This document shows positions 22,058-31,463 of a DNA stretch of 64,000 bases, in pieces (position 1 is the first letter of the stretch; each line of letters starts with the position of its first letter). The stretch lies in contig DAOOUQ010000006.1 of the NCBI GenBank assembly GCA_035390825.1, positions 24,207 through 88,206 of the forward strand, in the 5' to 3' direction. The stretch is from Bacteroidales bacterium (GTDB lineage Bacteria > Bacteroidota > Bacteroidia > Bacteroidales > VadinHA17). The notes under the pieces were generated by a model that saw nothing but the letters and a program-made list of their open reading frames with translations, was not told the origin of the DNA and did no database searches. The translations under genes and the position numbers were made by a program.

Positions 22058-24604
22058 ATGAAACGATCAGCATCGCTGCCGGCAGTGTTCATATTGCTTT
22101 TAATCATGATCCCGGCGTTTTTATCTGCTCAGCATTCACCACGTTCCCGTGAACCGTTCAATGCCGGATGGAAGTTCATCAGATTCTTCAATGCATCAAC
22201 TGATGTGGCGGCTTTTGATAAAGAACCGGCGGGACTTGAGTTGCCGGAGGTAAGCGATCAAGGCTGGCGCACTCTCGATCTGCCCCACGACTGGGCTATT
22301 GAGGGACCTTTCAGCGACACCCTTGAAAACAATACCGGGCTCCTGCCATGGAAAGGGATAGGATGGTACAGAAAACATTTCAGGCTGGATGAAAATGACA
22401 AAGGGAAAAGGATATATATCGATTTTGATGGCGCCATGGCATATTCTGAAGTATGGCTTAACGGAAAATTTGTTGGAGGCTGGCCGTACGGCTATACTTC
22501 CTTCAGGCTTGACCTGACACCTTATGCTGAATTCGGAAAGGAAAATATTATTGCAGTAAGGCTCGACACAAAGAAATGGGACTCACGATGGTATCCCGGC
22601 GCGGGGATTTACCGTAACGTATGGCTTGTCAAAACATCTCAGGTCCACATTTCATACAACGGAGTCTTCTGCACAACACCTGAGGTAAAGAAGGATGGCG
22701 CAATAGTAAGCATCTCCACTGAAGTGGAAAGCCATAAGGTCATTCCTGTTAATGTAACAATCAAAGCCTCTGTGTTCAGGCTCGACAAAAACGGGAAACC
22801 TTCACAGGTCGCCGCAGCTGAATCAACTGCAGCCACAGCAGGTCTTCCGGCCTCCTCTTCTCATATCTTCAGGCTTGACATTCCTGTCAAGGAACCGGCC
22901 CTGTGGAATCTTGATGATCCCCAGCTTTACAGAGCTGTTGTAACAGTTGCTGATGGTAATGAGGTGGCAGATGTATATGAAACCAATTTTGGATTCAGGA
23001 CTCTTGATTTTACTGCACGTGACGGTTTCTTCCTTAACGGGAAGAAGGTCACCGTAAAGGGAGTCTGCAACCATCACGATCTTGGAGCTCTTGGCGCTGC
23101 CTTTAACACAAGAGCTGCAGAACGTCAGCTTGAGATATTGAAAGAAATGGGATGCAATGCCATAAGGACAAGCCACAATCCTCCTGCCCCTGAACTGCTG
23201 GACCTTTGCGACAAGATGGGCTTCCTCGTCGAAGATGAAGCTTTCGATGCCTGGAAGACACCAAAAAAAAGGAATGATTACAATAAGCTTTTCTACGCAT
23301 GGCACGCAGAGGACCTCAGGGCCATGGTCAGGCGCGACCGCAACCATCCATCGGTATTCATATGGAGCACGGGCAATGAGGTTAATGACCAGAATAACCC
23401 GGCACTCTCGGAAAGCCTGAGAGAGATAGTTAAATCGGAAGATTGTACCCGGCCGGTTACGGTAGGATGTAACTGGGATGAATCAGGGACCAACGGCTTC
23501 CAGAAGACAGTCGATGTTTTTGGAATCAATTACAGGCTTTACAGATATGACGCCTTCTTTTCTCTTAAAGACAATGAAAACAAACCGTTCCACTCAAGCG
23601 AATCGGCATCAACAGTCAGTTCAAGAGGGGAATATTTCTTCCCAGTTGTTGAAGGTGACCTGAATAACAATCTGCCCGGGCACGGTATATTCCAGGTCTC
23701 ATCTTACGACCTGGCCTATCCGGCATGGGCATCTACACCCGACCAGCAATGGGAGATGCAGGATAAATACCCGGGTGTATTTGGCGAATTTGTCTGGACA
23801 GGATTTGACTATATCGGTGAACCGACTCCCTACGGAGGCGACCTGACCGGACTGAAACCAGGGACAAGACGGTATGATCAGGCAAAGGCTCTGCTTGACA
23901 GGCAAAATGTTACTGAAGTGCCTTCAAGAAGCAGTTATTTCGGAATTCTCGACCTTGCAGGCTTTAAGAAAGACCGCTTTTACCTCTATCAGTCTAAATG
24001 GAGGCCTGAACTGCCGATGGCACACATCCTTCCACATTGGAACTGGCCTGAAAGGAAGGGGCAGGTAACTCCTGTTCATGTTTATACTTCAGGCGATGAG
24101 GCTGAACTGTTCCTGAATGGGAAATCGCTCGGGAAAAAGAAAAAAGGACAGTATGAATACAGGCTCAGATGGGATGACGTGATATACCAGCCCGGGGAAC
24201 TGAGGGTCGTTGCATATAAAAACGGGACCAAATGGGCAGAGGACAGGGTTGTAACGACAGGCAAGCCTTCTCAGCTTGGCATCTCTTCCGACAGGCAGTC
24301 AGTGGTTGCCGATGGCAGCGACCTTGTATACATAACCGTTCAGATTGAGGATAAGAACAAATTTGTTGTGCCGCGCAGCAGTAATCTGGTGAATTTCAGC
24401 ATTAGCGGTCCCGCTAAGATAGTGGCAGTTGATAATGGGGATGCCACCAGTCATGATCCATTCCAGGCATCATACAGGAAAGCATACAACGGGATGTGCC
24501 TTGTAATTGTAAAAGCTGAAAAAGGTGCTTCCGGTTCGTTCACGGTGAAAGCCTTTTCAAAGGGACTCAAGGAAGCATCAGTTACCGTAAAAATAGATGG
24601 ATAG
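22058..24604 (+). CDS. glycoside hydrolase family 2 protein
   Basis: Signal peptide present. GH2 motifs: NHHDLGALGAA, IRTSHNPP, WSTGNE, and an FVWTGFDYIGEP region. Confidence 0.85.
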   Translation: MKRSASLPAVFILLLIMIPAFLSAQHSPRSREPFNAGWKFIRFFNASTDVAAFDKEPAGLELPEVSDQGWRTLDLPHDWAIEGPFSDTLENNTGLLPWKGIGWYRKHFRLDENDKGKRIYIDFDGAMAYSEVWLNGKFVGGWPYGYTSFRLDLTPYAEFGKENIIAVRLDTKKWDSRWYPGAGIYRNVWLVKTSQVHISYNGVFCTTPEVKKDGAIVSISTEVESHKVIPVNVTIKASVFRLDKNGKPSQVAAAESTAATAGLPASSSHIFRLDIPVKEPALWNLDDPQLYRAVVTVADGNEVADVYETNFGFRTLDFTARDGFFLNGKKVTVKGVCNHHDLGALGAAFNTRAAERQLEILKEMGCNAIRTSHNPPAPELLDLCDKMGFLVEDEAFDAWKTPKKRNDYNKLFYAWHAEDLRAMVRRDRNHPSVFIWSTGNEVNDQNNPALSESLREIVKSEDCTRPVTVGCNWDESGTNGFQKTVDVFGINYRLYRYDAFFSLKDNENKPFHSSESASTVSSRGEYFFPVVEGDLNNNLPGHGIFQVSSYDLAYPAWASTPDQQWEMQDKYPGVFGEFVWTGFDYIGEPTPYGGDLTGLKPGTRRYDQAKALLDRQNVTEVPSRSSYFGILDLAGFKKDRFYLYQSKWRPELPMAHILPHWNWPERKGQVTPVHVYTSGDEAELFLNGKSLGKKKKGQYEYRLRWDDVIYQPGELRVVAYKNGTKWAEDRVVTTGKPSQLGISSDRQSVVADGSDLVYITVQIEDKNKFVVPRSSNLVNFSISGPAKIVAVDNGDATSHDPFQASYRKAYNGMCLVIVKAEKGASGSFTVKAFSKGLKEASVTVKIDG

Positions 24605-24622
24605 AAGCATAAAGGTTTACTT

Positions 24623-24916
24623 ATGGAAACCAGTTTCGGGAACAGGAATGAACTGGGAGAGCGGTTCGATAAATACGGCGCTTCTGAAAAAGAGATGGGG
24701 GATTAAATCCTAAAAGAAGCACACCGGTTATGCCTCAGTTCCATATGGTGATGCAGAGGAGATGCAGAAGAGGAGTAACTCTGCTTCGGATGGACCGACT
24801 GAAAAATAAACTATATTGACTGGCTGAACAGCCAAAAAAGGGTTGAGACTCGTCGCCGACGAATAGCGAGGATCGCTCAAACCGCGAGATCAGACAAAAA
24901 ACCCGGGGAAATGTAA
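24623..24916 (+). pseudogene. eroded YdeI/OmpD-associated (COG4430-like) family gene
   Basis: Recognisable fragments lie in shifting frames: FGNRNELGERFDKYGASEKEMG; KKHTGYASVPYGDAEE; LCFGWTD (family motif ALCFGWID); INYIDWLNSQKRVETRRRRIARIA (C-terminal ..YI.WI..AK..ETR..RI). The gene carries in-frame stops, frameshifts, an imperfect tandem duplication (ATGCAGAGGAG / ATGCAGAAGAGGAG, 24751-24775) and loss of the middle ~100 codons. Confidence 0.65.
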
Positions 24917-25044
24917 CTGAAAAAGAAATTTTTGTCATACTGCAACCTTTCCGGAAAACAGACGTCTATTCTGTAAAACTATGACGTGGATAACTTTTGC
25001 TAATTTCACTTTTTTAAATCATAACCACAACAAACAAATTAGAA

Positions 25045-26574
25045 ATGAATTTCAATCGCCGTGAATTTATAAGGATCAGCGGTATCACCGCGGCAGGTTC
25101 TTTAATAGTTCCTGCTGTCTTTCAATCCTGCAAACCACAGGTGAGACTCACAAATGATGCGGAAAGCTATCTCTCACATTTTGAGGTCACCCGCCAGCAG
25201 CTTGAGAAAGTGATATCGGCAGCAATGGAAAAAGGTGCAGATTATGCAGACCTTTTCTTTGAACATACGCTCGAGAATTACAGCTCGCTGGAGGACAATA
25301 AAGTTAACAGCGCATTTTCAAATGTCGGGTATGGTGTCGGTATCCGCGTTCTGAAAGGAGACCAGACAGGATATGCATATTCGGAAGCTATCACCCCGGA
25401 AGCCATGCTGAAGGCGGCAAGGACAGCTGCCAACATTGCCGACAGCCAGTCAAAGTTCTCTCCTGTTAATATCACAGAATTTACGAGACCTGATTATTAC
25501 CCTGTAGTTTCTTCATGGGAAGACACCTCGGTGCAACAAAAAATCCCCTACATACAGAGACTTAATGACAATATTTTCTCGGCCGACAAAAAAGTGACCA
25601 GGGTCAATGCCGTGCTGGGCGACACTTCATCTTACATCCTTTTTTATAACTCTGAAGGGCTGCTGGCATGGGATTACCGGCCCATGGTTATTTTCGGAGG
25701 AACGTGTATAATGGAACAAAAAGGAAGGATTGAGAATTACTTTGCAGGCAAGTCTTTCAGGATGGGATCCGAATTCCTTACAAACCAGATAGTCGATGAA
25801 ATAGCCAGGGAAGCCGTTGAAAAAACATCAATGTTGTTTGAGGCTGGCATGCCCAAAGCCGGTGAGATGGAAGTGGTGATGGGTGCCGGCGATTCGGGGA
25901 TACTGCTTCATGAAGCTATAGGCCATGCATTTGAAGCCGACTTCAACAGAAAAAACCTGTCGATATTTGCAGATAAGATGGGGAAAAAAGTTGCTGAGGA
26001 TTTTGTAAATATTGTTGATGACGGAACACTGAAAGGGAAACGGGGTGCAATTAATTTCGATGATGAAGGGAATCCTTCTGAAAAGACAAGGATTGTAAGT
26101 AATGGAACCCTTTCAAGCTTTCTTCACGACAGGATAAGCGCAAAATACTATAACGTGAAACCAACCGGAAACGGCAGAAGACAGGATTTCAGGAATATTC
26201 CGATCCCGAGGATGAGATGTACCTATATGGAAAACGGACCTCATAAAAAGGAAGAGATCATTGCGAGCGTAAAGAATGGAGTATATGTCGACAACTTCAG
26301 CAATGGTGAGGTGAATATCGGCCAGGGTGATTTTACCTTTTTCGTAAAATTCGGATATCTCATTGAAAACGGTAAACTTACCAGGCCTGTCAAGGATTTC
26401 AACATCATAGGAAATGGCCCGCAGGCACTTGCTGACATGTCGATGGTAGCAGATGACCTTGTAATAACAAACGGGATGTGGACCTGCGGAAAGAACGGTC
26501 AGGGAGCTCCAAACTCCATGGGCATCCCTACCGTTAAAATCAAAAAGCTTACTGTCGGGGGAACTAATGCTTAA
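25045..26574 (+). CDS. TldD-type metallopeptidase (TldD/PmbA family) with a Tat/lipoprotein-type signal
   Basis: Twin-arginine motif NRREFIRISGITAAG followed by SCKP. TldD zinc motif HEAIGHAFE. C-terminal GxC region typical of the family. Confidence 0.85.
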   Translation: MNFNRREFIRISGITAAGSLIVPAVFQSCKPQVRLTNDAESYLSHFEVTRQQLEKVISAAMEKGADYADLFFEHTLENYSSLEDNKVNSAFSNVGYGVGIRVLKGDQTGYAYSEAITPEAMLKAARTAANIADSQSKFSPVNITEFTRPDYYPVVSSWEDTSVQQKIPYIQRLNDNIFSADKKVTRVNAVLGDTSSYILFYNSEGLLAWDYRPMVIFGGTCIMEQKGRIENYFAGKSFRMGSEFLTNQIVDEIAREAVEKTSMLFEAGMPKAGEMEVVMGAGDSGILLHEAIGHAFEADFNRKNLSIFADKMGKKVAEDFVNIVDDGTLKGKRGAINFDDEGNPSEKTRIVSNGTLSSFLHDRISAKYYNVKPTGNGRRQDFRNIPIPRMRCTYMENGPHKKEEIIASVKNGVYVDNFSNGEVNIGQGDFTFFVKFGYLIENGKLTRPVKDFNIIGNGPQALADMSMVADDLVITNGMWTCGKNGQGAPNSMGIPTVKIKKLTVGGTNA

Positions 26575-26593
26575 TCACTGAAATCAAATTGAA

Positions 26594-27910
26594 ATGAATA
26601 CAACAGAAAAATACAGCCTTGCTGAAATGGCCATTGATCATGCCCTCAGATGCGGGGCCGATCAGGTATCAGCCACTATTTATGAAAACCGGAGCAATGA
26701 CATTGAAATAAGGGATCAAAAAATCGACAGCCTTAAGGAATCAAACCGGTCAGGCCTTTCAATTAACCTTTATGTTAATAAGAAATACTCTTCACATTCC
26801 ACCAACAGGCTTAAAAAGGAGGATCTCCTCAAGTTCATTGAGGAAGCAGTAAAGGCCACTAAGTTCCTCGCCGAGGATGAATTCCGGGCATTGCCCGATC
26901 CGGAACTCTATTACAAGGGAGGAGGGCCTGATCTTCAAACATTTGACCCAAAACTCGACACCATTGATGCAAAAACAAAGATCGACCTGGCAATGAACGT
27001 ATTGAATGAGGCTTACGGAAAAGACGAAAGGATAATTTCCGTGAGTTCATATTATTCCGACAGCATTTCCAGTTCAGTAATGGTTGCAAGTAACGGTTTC
27101 AGGGGTGATTCATCGAATACAAGGCTTTCCCTCACTGCTTCAGTTTCAATGAAAGGTGAAACCGGACGGCCAAACGATTACTGGAATGAAAATGCTTTGT
27201 TTTTTGACAGGCTTGTCAGGAAAGATATCGGGAGCAAGGCACTGGAAAGGACAAGAAGTAAAATGAATCCCAAAAAGCTGATATCGGGTAAATATCCCGT
27301 AATAGTTGAGAACCGTGTTTCAGCCAATCTCCTGTATCCTATTTACCAGGCACTCACCGGCTCAAGCTTATATCAGAAGCAGTCGTTCCTGATCGGAAAG
27401 CAAAATCAGAAGATAACATCCCAGCTTCTTTCCGCGGTTGATGATCCCCTTATCCCCTCAGGACCCGGATCTCGTCATTTCGATGATGAAGGAATTGCAG
27501 CTGTCAGACGACCCATAATCGAGAACGGAATACTAAAAAGCTATTATATTGATAATTATTATGGTAAAAAACTTGGCATGAAACCCAATTCGGGGAGCAG
27601 TTCGAATGTCATCTGCAGCACAGGAAATAAGAACCTTAAAGAGTTAATCGCTTCGGTTAAAAAAGGAGTTCTTATTACGGGTTTCATCGGAGGAAACTTC
27701 AACGGGTCAACCGGAGATTTCTCTTACGGCATCGAAGGATTTTATATCGAAAATGGCGGGTTGGTTCATCCTGTAAATGAAATGAACATAACAGGCAACA
27801 TGAACAGTTTCTGGTTAAACCTTGCTGATCTTGGCAATGATTTCAGAGAGGGTGATTCTCTCAGGATCCCGTCCCTTTTGTTTGATAATATTGATCTTAG
27901 CGGCAAATAA
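26594..27910 (+). CDS. PmbA/TldE-type protein (TldD/PmbA family), no signal peptide
   Basis: 438-aa ORF lying 19 bp after the TldD homologue. Family-typical C-terminus (GDFSYGIEGFYIENG). The N-terminus MNTTEKYSLAEMAIDHAL is not a signal peptide. Confidence 0.8.
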   Translation: MNTTEKYSLAEMAIDHALRCGADQVSATIYENRSNDIEIRDQKIDSLKESNRSGLSINLYVNKKYSSHSTNRLKKEDLLKFIEEAVKATKFLAEDEFRALPDPELYYKGGGPDLQTFDPKLDTIDAKTKIDLAMNVLNEAYGKDERIISVSSYYSDSISSSVMVASNGFRGDSSNTRLSLTASVSMKGETGRPNDYWNENALFFDRLVRKDIGSKALERTRSKMNPKKLISGKYPVIVENRVSANLLYPIYQALTGSSLYQKQSFLIGKQNQKITSQLLSAVDDPLIPSGPGSRHFDDEGIAAVRRPIIENGILKSYYIDNYYGKKLGMKPNSGSSSNVICSTGNKNLKELIASVKKGVLITGFIGGNFNGSTGDFSYGIEGFYIENGGLVHPVNEMNITGNMNSFWLNLADLGNDFREGDSLRIPSLLFDNIDLSGK

Positions 27911-27947
27911 AAGAACCATAGGTGCAATCATTAATTAAAAGAATCTT

Positions 27948-28430
27948 ATGAAAAGAGTTTTGCTCATCGGACTCGCCATGCTCCTGTCGGCAGGCATTTC
28001 ACACAGGGCATCCGGTCAGAAACCGGATTTCAGCGGCAAATGGAAGCTTGATGCTACAAAATCAAACCTTCCGGAATACACTCCTGTCCTTACACGTATT
28101 AATGTCATTGTTAAAGGCGACAGTCTTCTGACACAGCGTTTTTACGACACGGGTGACGGACAGGAGTATCCTTTTGTTGAAAACTTAACCATCGACGGGA
28201 AGGAATACAGTATAACCATTTATGACATGCCCCGCAAGACCAAAGCTACCGTTTCCGGTGAAGACGGATCATTCTGTATCGAATCGGTGACTTCAACCGG
28301 CAGCGGGGACTTCGTTTCGAAAGAGACCTGGAAAACCGATCCTGGAAATAAAGTTCTTACCATCAGCTTTAAGAATACTATGGAAGGAAATGAAGGCACA
28401 GGTCTGTTTACACTGAATAAAATCGAATAA
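27948..28430 (+). CDS. hypothetical small secreted beta-rich protein; paralogue of 40547-41068
   Basis: Signal peptide present. It shares the motif P(D/N)FSGKW....KSNL and later TLDGK / VL(T/S)I with the 40547-41068 product. Confidence 0.55.
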   Translation: MKRVLLIGLAMLLSAGISHRASGQKPDFSGKWKLDATKSNLPEYTPVLTRINVIVKGDSLLTQRFYDTGDGQEYPFVENLTIDGKEYSITIYDMPRKTKATVSGEDGSFCIESVTSTGSGDFVSKETWKTDPGNKVLTISFKNTMEGNEGTGLFTLNKIE

Positions 28431-28496
28431 ATGATTTCAGGAACGGGAGACGGAACGCCCATGACAGGTGATCCGCTCCTGTTCATACAGCTTCAA

Positions 28497-29372
28497 TCAA
28501 TACGTCCAGTAAGAGGGACCGCTTCCGACAAAGCTTACAGGAATGTCACGAATGAAACCCTTCAGCCAGTCAGCGCAGTGTTCCATTCCCGCTTCCTCTG
28601 AATTGACATGACCAATGAAAATCACAGCCTTCTTCCTACCCTGATCGAAAGCATCGCGCATATATTCATAAGTCTCCCACTGTGGTACCTCACCAGCTAT
28701 AAGAACCTCCGTATCGGTCTGTCCAAGGATCCTTATATGAGTGCTGCTTCCCGGGGCCCCGGGGGCAAGTCTTACCTTTCTCACCTTCATTCGAGGGTCG
28801 CCAATTACATAAAATGCATTTCCGGGAAAGACTTTCTTAAGATTCTTAAGGATATTTTCAAGTGTTGTTTCAGGCAGGGAAAACTCATCAAGTTTATCAT
28901 TTACCACATAGGCTTTCCACCCCAGTTTCGAAACCATACCTGTTAAAATTCCGTCGGGTCTGGTGCTGTGGATATAGTCGTGAAACCTCCATATAACGAG
29001 CTTGTGATCCCTTATGTATTTTTGTTTTTCAAGAAAAACAGGATCATTCATGAATTGTGAGGTCTGGTCAGCATGATTGTAATATAATGGTTCATGTACA
29101 ATTATCATGTTGCAGTTCATTTCGACTGCTTTCTTCAGGACCGGCATTGAAGCAAACATGGTTGTGACAATCCCTGTGATTTTTGTTTCAGGATTCCCCT
29201 CCTTTATAACATCAACAGTATTTGGAATTACCGGGGCGCCTGTTTTTTCAATGATCATCCCAATTACTGCTGATGCTGTGAGTCCGGTCCCCGGAGTGGA
29301 GATCTGGCCGTCGAGGTCAATGAGAAAGGCAGTCAATGCTGCAATCGCGAGAAAGGATTTTAGTGATTTCAT
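28497..29372 (-). CDS. NIF3-like (dinuclear metal centre) family protein with an apparent N-terminal signal peptide
   Basis: NIF3-like blocks (MIIVHEPLYY, LVIWRFHDYIH, FIGHVNSEEAGMEH). The hydrophobic N-terminus is MKSLKSFLAIAALTAFLI. Confidence 0.55.
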   Translation of the reverse strand: MKSLKSFLAIAALTAFLIDLDGQISTPGTGLTASAVIGMIIEKTGAPVIPNTVDVIKEGNPETKITGIVTTMFASMPVLKKAVEMNCNMIIVHEPLYYNHADQTSQFMNDPVFLEKQKYIRDHKLVIWRFHDYIHSTRPDGILTGMVSKLGWKAYVVNDKLDEFSLPETTLENILKNLKKVFPGNAFYVIGDPRMKVRKVRLAPGAPGSSTHIRILGQTDTEVLIAGEVPQWETYEYMRDAFDQGRKKAVIFIGHVNSEEAGMEHCADWLKGFIRDIPVSFVGSGPSYWTY

Positions 29373-29422
29373 TTCAGTATTTTATTTGTTAGTGATTCAA
29401 GTCTCCTGGTGCCCGATGATGG

Positions 29423-31090
29423 TTAAAGAAAGAGGATTATCAGCAGTTGGGCCATGAAGATCCTCAGGAACATAACAAGAGGGTAAACAGCGGCATATGC
29501 TATGGCAGGTGCCTCCGATCTTGCAATACCGGCGGCAAAGGCCAGTGCCGGAGGATCAGTCATGCTGCCTGAAAGAAGGCCGCATATCTCCAGATAATTA
29601 CGCTTCAGTACGATCCTGGAGAAAAATCCTGTGGCCAGGATAGGGATCATTGTGATCAGGACTCCGTAAAACATCCATATGAAGCCTTCACCGTTAATCA
29701 GCGAAGGGATAAACTTCTCCCCCGACATGATACCCACGCTTGCAAGAAAGAGCACAATGCCTATTTCGCGAAGCATAAGGTTGGCGCTGGCAGTGGTATA
29801 TGAGACAAGTGAAAACTTATGTCCGAATCGGCTTAGGAGTATTGCTATTATTAGCGGACCGCCCGCAATTCCAAGCTTGATGGGATAAACAAGTCCGGGG
29901 AATTTGAAAGGTATGCTCCCGATAAGGACCCCGGCCATTATCCCGATGAAAATCGGAATTAAATCCGGCTCCTCCAGCCTTTTCATTGAATTGCCAAGAA
30001 CACTGGTTACAGTTTCAACCGACTTTTCATCACCGACAACCGTGAGCCTGTCGCCCATCTGCATCTGCAGGCCGGGAGAAGGTATAAATTCAATACCCGA
30101 CCTGTAGACTCTAGTAATATTTATATTAAACCGGGTCCTTAGCTTAAGCGATCCGAGTGTTTTACCGATTATTTCCCTGTTGGTTACAATGAGACGGCGG
30201 GAAATAAGGCTTCCGGGTCTGGCCGAAAGATCCATTTCACTTCTTATACCGGTATTTGCCAGAATTTCCGGGACAAGGCCCTTTTGAGCCACCACAAGAA
30301 TAATGTCGTTTTCATTAATCACTGTTTCAGACGTTGCCGGCAAAAGTTCACCTTTATGCAATACCCTTGATATGACAAACCCTGTGCCGAAACGCCGTGA
30401 TATATCCCCGACAGTCCTGTTGAATGCAAGAGGATTATTGACAAGGATATTGATTTTCTCAGGTATTGTATCAGCCGGATGCTGCTCATTCATAAACATG
30501 GCCGCCTCTTTCCCGACATCAATTTTCATAGTTCTCCGGATAATAGCCATGGTCAATATAATACCAAGGACGCCAAAGGGATAGGCAACAGCGTATCCAA
30601 GGCCTATATCCGGAATTACTCCGCCGGCAACACCAATGGTCTGGGCAAGTGCATTCTGGGCAGCGCCCAGCCCGGGAGTGTTAGTTACCGCACCCGACAT
30701 TATCCCTGTGAGAATTGTCAATGGAGCGCCCGTTACAAAATGGATGGCTAAAGTTATCAGAACTCCAAGAAGGACAATGGCAGCAGCAAGAATGTTAAGC
30801 ATTGCTCCTCCTTTTCTGAAGGAAGAAAAAAAACCAGGACCAACCTGGAGACCTATTGAAAACACAAAAAGGATAAGGCCGAAATCTCTTATAAATTCAG
30901 CAACAACGGTATTGACCCTGAATCCGAAGTGACCCATTATTATGCCTGCAAAGAGGACAAAGGTTATCCCGAGGGATACTCCCCTGATTTTGCGTTTTCC
31001 AAGGAATACACCGGTTGCAATGACAATACTGTAAAGGAAGATTGTCTGTGCAGCCGATTCGCTCCAAAGAAGATTATTCAGCCAGTTCAC
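29423..31090 (-). CDS. putative transporter of the AAE (YidE/YbjL) family
   Basis: Two polytopic hydrophobic halves flank central TrkA-C/RCK_C-like soluble domains. The GTG start overlaps the upstream stop codon (GTGA). Confidence 0.75.
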   Translation of the reverse strand: MNWLNNLLWSESAAQTIFLYSIVIATGVFLGKRKIRGVSLGITFVLFAGIIMGHFGFRVNTVVAEFIRDFGLILFVFSIGLQVGPGFFSSFRKGGAMLNILAAAIVLLGVLITLAIHFVTGAPLTILTGIMSGAVTNTPGLGAAQNALAQTIGVAGGVIPDIGLGYAVAYPFGVLGIILTMAIIRRTMKIDVGKEAAMFMNEQHPADTIPEKINILVNNPLAFNRTVGDISRRFGTGFVISRVLHKGELLPATSETVINENDIILVVAQKGLVPEILANTGIRSEMDLSARPGSLISRRLIVTNREIIGKTLGSLKLRTRFNINITRVYRSGIEFIPSPGLQMQMGDRLTVVGDEKSVETVTSVLGNSMKRLEEPDLIPIFIGIMAGVLIGSIPFKFPGLVYPIKLGIAGGPLIIAILLSRFGHKFSLVSYTTASANLMLREIGIVLFLASVGIMSGEKFIPSLINGEGFIWMFYGVLITMIPILATGFFSRIVLKRNYLEICGLLSGSMTDPPALAFAAGIARSEAPAIAYAAVYPLVMFLRIFMAQLLIILFL

Positions 31091-31461
31091 TTGATATTCC
31101 TTAAATTCTTAAAAAGAAAGGTTTCCTGATCAAAAGCAAAGATTTTAATATCATTGATTATTTTGCCTGCCAGGAAACCGATACATAAAGCATAAAGTTC
31201 CATCCCGTTCAGGGTAGCTGTTGTGGCCAGGATCTGGTTACCATTAACTACCGGTGAAGAATGACCTCTGCCATGGATACCGGCTTTCAATTTAATGGCG
31301 GAACTGTCCCATTTATGTGGTATCTTTTCAACTCCTGCCATGGGGTTGAGCCATCTTCCTCTGAAATGAGCCCGGTCGGAGGCATATGCTTTCGATGGCT
31401 GCAGGAACGGAAGCAAAAGTATAAGAAAGGGAATATGGTTCAGGGTATTTTTAAGCTTCAT
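31087..31461 (-). pseudogene. truncated PQQ-like/BamB-like beta-propeller repeat protein (N-terminal ~95 aa only)
   Basis: Signal peptide plus FRGRW..P...W......K.G.HGRGHSSPVVNGNQI.....NGMELYALC matches the first blade of secreted PQQ-like propellers, which are usually about 400 aa. The ORF ends after 124 aa. Confidence 0.45.
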
Positions 31462-31463
31462 GG

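Noticed and set aside
22823-23347. A 174-aa minus-strand ORF, and many other 60-180-aa ORFs (for example 33914-34465, 57514-58050, 46982-47512, 55856-56404), lie inside larger genes.
   Set aside because: All lie fully within, and antisense to or out of frame with, ORFs that carry strong family motifs. Their products are low in complexity and have no motifs, so I treat them as shadow ORFs.
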